Source: Octopus vulgaris (lineage: Eukaryota). From it: a DNA stretch of 64,000 nt. Within the stretch, counting starts at the first letter, position 1, and the number at the start of each line of letters is the position of its first letter. Of the stretch, positions 61,732 through 64,000 are shown in pieces. Under the pieces are notes generated by a model. The model was not told the origin of the DNA and did no database searches. It worked only from the letters and a program-made list of their open reading frames with translations. The position numbers and the translations under genes are program-made. The stretch is taken from NCBI GenBank assembly GCA_951406725.2, contig OX597815.1:208692001-208756000 (forward strand). Reading direction: 5' to 3'.

Positions 61732-63168
61732 CCTAATGCTTATGGTCCAGCTGGTATGGGTTGTGCATATATATATCTCACTGCATATTTTTAATGTTTA
61801 CTCTCTAGCTATCAAACACTCATTTATTTTATCCTCTCCGTGTTGCTCATCTGTTGTACAGTGAGAATCTTATTGGTGTAAAAGCATTGCATTACCTTAA
61901 GCTTTGCTGTGAGATGCTATGAGACGACCATAATTTGGAACGGTATGATTTTACCACAGGTCCATTGGGGCTTCTTTTTCTCTTGTACTGAATGACCCCA
62001 GAATCCCCTTGGCATAAAGCTGTCTTGCTCAATACTGCAACCCCCATTTGAGAGGTTTTGCATTTTATGAATTACTTGTTGACCTCACTTACGCTGGTGC
62101 CAAGTAAAAAAAACATCCACTACCCTCTCTGTTGAAAGGGTTGATATTTAGAAATGCATCCAGTCATAAAAAAAACATGCCAAAACAGACATCAAGTCTT
62201 TATACAGACCTCTGTTTCGTCAGCTGCTATCAAACCATCCAACCCATGCCAGCATAGAAGATGGGTGTAAAATGGCAGTGATGATAATGAAGATTGCTGT
62301 TTTCCTGCTGCCGTTACATATCTGTAGAATTTACTGTTAGTACCTTAGTACTTTCAGTCAGAACATGAGCTTATGCATTTAAGCTTTCTGCTGCAGTTGT
62401 TTGACATACTTTTTAATAGGCACCATGCCATTTACTGTACAGTAATTCCTAGGGCCATCTATCTTCAAACAGCTGTATCAGCGTAAATACTGAATTGAAG
62501 AAAAAGAAAAATCTGCTGATGTTGAAGTATTTGGGATATTCTTCTATTCACTAAAATTCCTCACTGAACTAATACATTGGTAATTTTTACTTTGATTTTA
62601 GCATCCTCACACATGGCACAAAAGCTCACAGACCCATTAATACATCTCTTAGCTTTCTCATTGTCCTTCAAGCTAACAAGAATAAATCCTTGTCAAACGC
62701 AAAATATCTACTCTCACCTTAGAAGAAAGACAATTGGACTGGGTTTTTTTGTCTTTTCACTAGAAAAATGACAGAGCTAATATATTAAATAATTTGTATA
62801 TAATCTTTGTTTTTCTTTTTTTGTTGAGATTTAGATATGTTTTTGACAGAATCTCTTAAAATTGGCTCCGGCTTCTTCAAGGGTTAATGCTTGTTTTTCA
62901 AAGTGTACAACGTGTGTGTGTGTGTGTGTGTGTCTGTTTGTGCATTTATGGATGTTCTTTTCTCATAGGTGTTTTTGTTTCTTGGTAGCAAATGTAGGAT
63001 GGGCTTTGCAAATGTAATTATTTTCACATTGTGGCATTCGTTTTTGTTTTAGCAGTCAGATACCCAACCCTCCAATTGCTGACCAATCATGCATGAAGTA
63101 GGAATGAAATCAGTTTTACCAGCCAAACACAATAAGTTGTTATGTGTGAATGGTGTGTGTGAATGTGA

Positions 63169-63201
<33 letters not shown>

Positions 63202-64000
63202 TTCCTCATGGTTACATCATAGTTACTTGAAAGATGTTTCTACTCTTCTACCATTTATCACCCCCTCCTCTCTTTCTCTCTCCCCTCTCTCATATCGGCC
63301 ACTGCATGTGTATCGATGTGCTTAGTAAAATTTGCTTAATTGGACACAATGATGGCCCACTGTTTTTCAGCTCAAATCTAAGTTCACACAACTATGATTA
63401 AGACGTATAATGCAGTTGCCTGCCTATAACATTATTTGCTTATTGGTTTCAGCCATTGAACTGTGGCCACGCTGGAGCACTGCCTTTATAGTTACGTACA
63501 GATTCTTTTATTCCTTTTACTTGTTTCAGTCATTTGACTGTGGTCATGCCAGGGCACTACCATGAAGACTTTTTGTTAAAAGAATTGACCCTGGTACTTA
63601 TTTTTAAGCCTAGTTTAGCCTGGTACTTATCCTCTTGGTCTCCTTTGCTGAACTGCTAAGTCACAGGGACATAAACACACCAACACCAGTTGTCAAGTGT
63701 TGATGAGGAATGAACACAGACCATACCTGCACTTGTAATGGTTTTGTGTATTTTTGTGAAATATATTTTTGTATTTAACTTCTATTTTTGTTAAATAGCG
63801 TATTATCTGTTGCTTGTTATATTTTTGCGATTCTGAAAGGAGCTTTTAAGACCTGATTCGTTTAACTTTAGACAAGTCCTGACCTGGTTAAAGGCATTCC
63901 ACTTGTCTGTGACACTTTTTTGTAAAGTAAAATATGGTTAGGAAATATGTGGGTGCTACTTGCACTGCTCCAAAGAGGAAAAAGTATGTAGATGCAGTGA

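Overview
Eukaryotic, AT-rich (animal) genomic DNA, most likely octopus/coleoid cephalopod, judged from the tRNA-derived SINE families and microsatellite density (inference; no database search run). The only host-gene coding sequence I can support is two short + strand exons (3723-3808 and 14158-14279) of a DEAD-box RNA helicase that looks like DDX49/Dbp8. I could not find the next exon (V[L/M]DEAD...), so the rest of the window is probably one intron of about 50 kb or more. That intronic DNA is packed with at least five SINE-like families (my labels A-F), piggyBac-type MITEs plus an internally deleted piggyBac parent, Tc1/mariner remnants, a Helitron, an element with an 8-bp TSD, RTE and CR1 LINE 3' fragments, long fold-back repeats and microsatellites. 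Almost all ORFs in the supplied track are low-complexity or repeat-derived noise. Most notable: a minimal hammerhead-ribozyme-like motif inside a near-perfect 72-bp fold-back (58869-59034, Penelope-like signature), a second degenerate hammerhead-like motif, a three-unit chimeric SINE bounded by a single TSD, head-plus-n x 184-bp SINE arrays, and multi-layer nested insertions. Repeat boundaries were read by eye and are approximate unless TSDs/TIRs are quoted.
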